Assembly (NCBI GenBank): GCA_963664815.2
Contig: CAXXHB010000003.1
Location: forward strand, 640,001 to 704,000
Source: Spirochaetota bacterium
GTDB lineage: Bacteria > Spirochaetota > UBA4802 > UBA5550
DNA: 64,000 nucleotides
Reading direction: 5' to 3'
Shown: positions 61,019-64,000 of the stretch, one piece after another
How the letters are laid out: the number at the start of each line of letters is the position of its first letter
How positions within the stretch are numbered: the first letter of the stretch is position 1
Made by a program: the position numbers and the translations under genes
Notes under the pieces: generated by a model
Database searches by the model: none
The model's input: only the letters and a program-made list of their open reading frames with translations
Told to the model about the DNA's origin: nothing

Positions 61019-61456
61019 TTAAATTTTCTTGTTATCAACTTGAAAAATGTTTTCGAATTCATTGGCCGTTATAATTCTGATATTTCTATATGGATCGAGG
61101 ACAAGAAGATCATGGTCTCCGGTAATCAGATAGTCAACCTGTGCGGATATAGCAAGTTCAAGCAGAAAGTTATCTTTTATATCCCTGCAGTCATTGATTT
61201 TACAGTCTGTTTTTACGAAGATAATTTTTTCGTCCAAAAGTGAAATCAATTCATATAATTGATTTTTTGAAATTATTTTCTGTATACGGGGATATTCAAT
61301 AACTTTTACAATCTCTTCAAACAGTTCCTCGGAAAAGTATATCCTGACTTTTCCTTGAATTAGCATTTCTTTCAGGGAGGTTAACTTTTTGCCGATAAGC
61401 ATCCCTATCCATAAATTGGTATCAACTATGATTTTTGTAGCGTTCTGATCTGACAT
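61019..61456 (-). CDS. PIN-domain toxin (putative TA system toxin)
   Basis: IIVDTNLWI, EEI and CRDIKDNFLLELA...ITGDHDLL acidic motifs; overlaps the upstream small gene. Confidence 0.9.
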   Translation of the reverse strand: MSDQNATKIIVDTNLWIGMLIGKKLTSLKEMLIQGKVRIYFSEELFEEIVKVIEYPRIQKIISKNQLYELISLLDEKIIFVKTDCKINDCRDIKDNFLLELAISAQVDYLITGDHDLLVLDPYRNIRIITANEFENIFQVDNKKI

Positions 61457-61643
61457 GTTCAACTATTTCGGTAATTTCATCATCTGTGATATCACCTGAT
61501 TTAAATTCATTAAAGAGTGCTTTAATGCGGTATTGAATAATGTCATCTTTGATTTTGCTGTAAAGCTTTAATTTTTCATCAAGAGGCATTTTCGCTGCTG
61601 CATCAATGATTTGTTCAGAGTCTATATTCATGTTTATCTGCAT
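61422..61643 (-). CDS. Putative antitoxin
   Basis: GGAG RBS, 73 aa, acidic ITDDEITEIVEHVR tail, overlaps the PIN gene. Confidence 0.7.
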   Translation of the reverse strand: MQINMNIDSEQIIDAAAKMPLDEKLKLYSKIKDDIIQYRIKALFNEFKSGDITDDEITEIVEHVRSERYKNHS

Positions 61644-61885
61644 TATTGTATTTTCTCCGTTCAGTATCAATAACATATAGAAAAGATATAAAAAGTATGA
61701 GGTCAAGTCGAAAATTATTAATACAGAAATTTCCGTCTTAAATGCACTCCATTATATAATGATATAAGCAGATGTCTTGCTGTTCTAAGCTTCATGTAAC
61801 AGAATATGGATCAAAAAAGAATAATTTCTTTCCCTGTTTTTTTGCTCATAAATTCCTGAAGAAAAGCAGATCGGGAGAGAGAGGG

Positions 61886-62539
61886 TTATTCCTTCGCTCC
61901 TGCCTTTTTAAGCAGATCAACAATTTCTTTATAACCTTTTTTAGCAGCCAGCATTAAAGAGGTATTCTCGTCGTCATCTTTTACTTTTATATCAGCTCCT
62001 TTGGCCAGCAGAAGTTTTACAATTTCCACATGCCCGTTTTCGGAGGCAAAGAGTAATGGTGTTTTGTTGAAGTTATATATATCTTTTGCGTTGACATCCG
62101 CTCCCTTATCAAGCAGAAGTTTTACCATTTCTGTATGACCGTTTTTTGATGCAAGGATTAATGATGTTTCACCGTAAACTCCTTTTGTGCTGACATCAGC
62201 CCCTTTACTTAAAAGAAGTCCTGCCATTTCAACATTTCCTTTTTGCGCAGCTATCATAAATGCGGTCCAGCCAGCCGTATTTTTTATTTTTATATCTGCA
62301 TCGTTTTCCAGCAGCACCCTGGCAACTTCAGTTTTACCATTAATTAAAGCGTGCATCAGAGGAGTGCAGTCATCACGATCTTTGGCATTAATATCAGCCT
62401 TTTGTGAAATTAATAGATTAACATTTTTAAGATCACCTTTTTTTGCCGCGGAAAAAAGCTCATCGTTCAGTTTTTTATCTGCCGCAGAACCTGCAACTGT
62501 TATCATGCAAATAAGGGAAGAAACAATTAAATTTTTCAT
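61886..62539 (-). CDS. Secreted ankyrin-repeat protein
   Basis: Signal peptide then repeats such as GETSLILASKNGHTEMVKLLLDKGADVNAKD. Confidence 0.93.
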   Translation of the reverse strand: MKNLIVSSLICMITVAGSAADKKLNDELFSAAKKGDLKNVNLLISQKADINAKDRDDCTPLMHALINGKTEVARVLLENDADIKIKNTAGWTAFMIAAQKGNVEMAGLLLSKGADVSTKGVYGETSLILASKNGHTEMVKLLLDKGADVNAKDIYNFNKTPLLFASENGHVEIVKLLLAKGADIKVKDDDENTSLMLAAKKGYKEIVDLLKKAGAKE

Positions 62540-62615
62540 ACGCTGATCCTCTCTGTTTACTGTTACTTTATGTTATAACGCATCTTATTTAATCTGATTA
62601 TTCAAATCTTTTTTA

Positions 62616-63422
62616 TTATTTACCTTTCCATTCATATTTTTCGTGATTAAGCCAGGCCCGCATGGCGCCGGCCGCGTCTTCAGACATCATAGCCCTGTCA
62701 AAACACTCCTGTTCAATAAGCAGAGCCTCTTCGATGTTCTGTTTACGTATTCCCTGCTGTATTGCCGTTTTCGCGGCTGTGAGTGCAACCGGAGCGCGCC
62801 CGGCAAGAACCCGCGCGAATTTTATGGCTTCGGAATTGAAATCTTCAGCTTCATAAAGCCTGTGCACGAGTCCGAGGTCAAATGCTTTTTCAGGTGAGAA
62901 AAGAGAGCCGTGCAGAATAAGATCCAGTGCCCTTGCGGTTCCGGCCATCCGTGCCATGCGTTGGGTTCCCCCTGCTCCGGGGATAATTCCGACGTTTGTT
63001 TCAGGGAGCCCGAATCTGTATTTACCTTTTTTCGCGAGCCGGAAATCGCAGGCAAGAGCGATCTCCCATCCTCCGCCTGTAGCACCTCCGTTAAGCGCTG
63101 CTATTGTTATAAGCCTGCTGTTTTCAAGACTTAAACATAGCCGGTTCATATCGTGGAGTTCCAGCGGTTTACCTGCTGTAGTTTCACCCTGCTGTTTTTC
63201 CGATGTACTGGCAAGCTCACCAATTTCGTAGTGTGCAATAAATATATCAGGGTTTTCGCCGGTGAAGAGCAGTATCCTTACATCGTTATTGTTCTCAAGC
63301 TGCTGCAGCAGATTCAGAAGCTCAATGGCGCCATATTCGTTGAGTGTAAATTTCGGCGGATTGGTAATTGTGCATACGGCTGTATACTCTGATATGCTGA
63401 CTTTTAAATATTTATATTCCAT
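62616..63422 (-). CDS. Enoyl-CoA hydratase/isomerase family protein
   Basis: IAALNGGATGGGWEIALACDFR and GLPETNVGIIPGAGGTQR. Confidence 0.93.
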   Translation of the reverse strand: MEYKYLKVSISEYTAVCTITNPPKFTLNEYGAIELLNLLQQLENNNDVRILLFTGENPDIFIAHYEIGELASTSEKQQGETTAGKPLELHDMNRLCLSLENSRLITIAALNGGATGGGWEIALACDFRLAKKGKYRFGLPETNVGIIPGAGGTQRMARMAGTARALDLILHGSLFSPEKAFDLGLVHRLYEAEDFNSEAIKFARVLAGRAPVALTAAKTAIQQGIRKQNIEEALLIEQECFDRAMMSEDAAGAMRAWLNHEKYEWKGK

Positions 63423-63722
63423 GAATTCTCTCCGATGATTTTATTGTTCTGTTTAACTCAGTGTAATATTTTCTGATACTGCCGTAATGACAGTTAATGT
63501 GCAGTCAGTAAAACTTTACAGATGCTATTTCACAATAGTATATCGCTTATTTCAATTAAAATTTTAACCGGAACCAGCTGATGTTATATTTTCGATTGCT
63601 CGACTTAACTCACTACAGGTAGTTCGGCTTCTATCAATACGGGTAAGGTTAAATGGAGTCTCCTGAATCGGTGGTAGTGCAGGTTCTTGCGGGTGTTTTA
63701 ATACACGGAATTTGCTATGTTA

Positions 63723-63761
63723 ACAAAAAAGGGCTGTTTCAATAAACAGACCCTTTTTGTT
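63723..63761 (-). terminator. Probable terminator
   Basis: AACAAAAAAAGGG-CTGTTT...AAACAG-A-CCCTTTTTGTT. Confidence 0.6.
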
Positions 63762-63795
63762 AACAATTATGTTGCTGCTATTTATTTTATGTTTG

Positions 63796-63978
63796 TCAGC
63801 TTTTTCCTGATCCTTGGCTGATTTTACTCAAGTTTCCGAATTTTTTTCTCTTTTTTCTCTTTTTCCTCTTCTTTTTTTGCATTCTTTTCAGTTTTTTCTC
63901 AGCTTTTTTATCTGTTCTTTTTTGCCTGAACAGGGCTGTAATCAATCCTGAAAGTGCGGAAAACAGTTCTGTGTTCAT
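63796..63978 (-). CDS. Small Lys/Arg-rich hypothetical protein
   Basis: Purine-rich RBS-like sequence upstream, terminator downstream; highly basic C-terminal half. Confidence 0.4.
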   Translation of the reverse strand: MNTELFSALSGLITALFRQKRTDKKAEKKLKRMQKKKRKKRKKRKKFGNLSKISQGSGKS

Positions 63979-64000
63979 ATAAAACTCATCCCTTCCAGAA

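Noticed and set aside
50203-62539. Prophage or integrative element
   Set aside because: No integrase, structural, replication or conjugation genes, and no tRNA attachment site seen.
63600-63715. Possible riboswitch or ncRNA upstream of the crotonase gene
   Set aside because: Slightly GC-rich, but no stable structure or known consensus could be built.

Overview
AT-rich bacterial chromosomal window with no rRNA, tRNA, CRISPR array or intact transposase recognised. Protein styles suggest a free-living, probably anaerobic spirochaete-like organism, which is inference only. 1-50 kb is mostly housekeeping, signalling and anaerobic metabolism: ribH-nusB-TPR-dGTPase operon, three hybrid histidine kinases (one fused to GGDEF), tatA, trpB2, Crp/Fnr, NDH-2, hypD-E-C, fhs and folD. 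It ends in a formate-respiration block: a selenocysteine formate dehydrogenase (the ORF track splits it at the Sec UGA, 49186-49188), its 3-cluster beta subunit, fdhE and a complete QrcABCD-type quinone reductase. 50-62.5 kb is an accessory region with toxin-antitoxin remnants, small membrane proteins, an MCP, a MarR-oxidoreductase module with its operators, and several repeat types. The best candidates for undescribed biology are (1) an operon pairing an AdoMetDC-like pyruvoyl enzyme with altered substrate residues and a SET-domain methyltransferase (13410-14320), (2) direct linkage of an anchorless Sec-FDH to Qrc without a c3 cytochrome, (3) a translationally coupled DUF2188 plus TIR/NDT-like pair (possible defence module), and (4) an HMG-box-like gene tied to helically phased 11-bp repeats. 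No database searches were run, so family calls rest on motif recognition.
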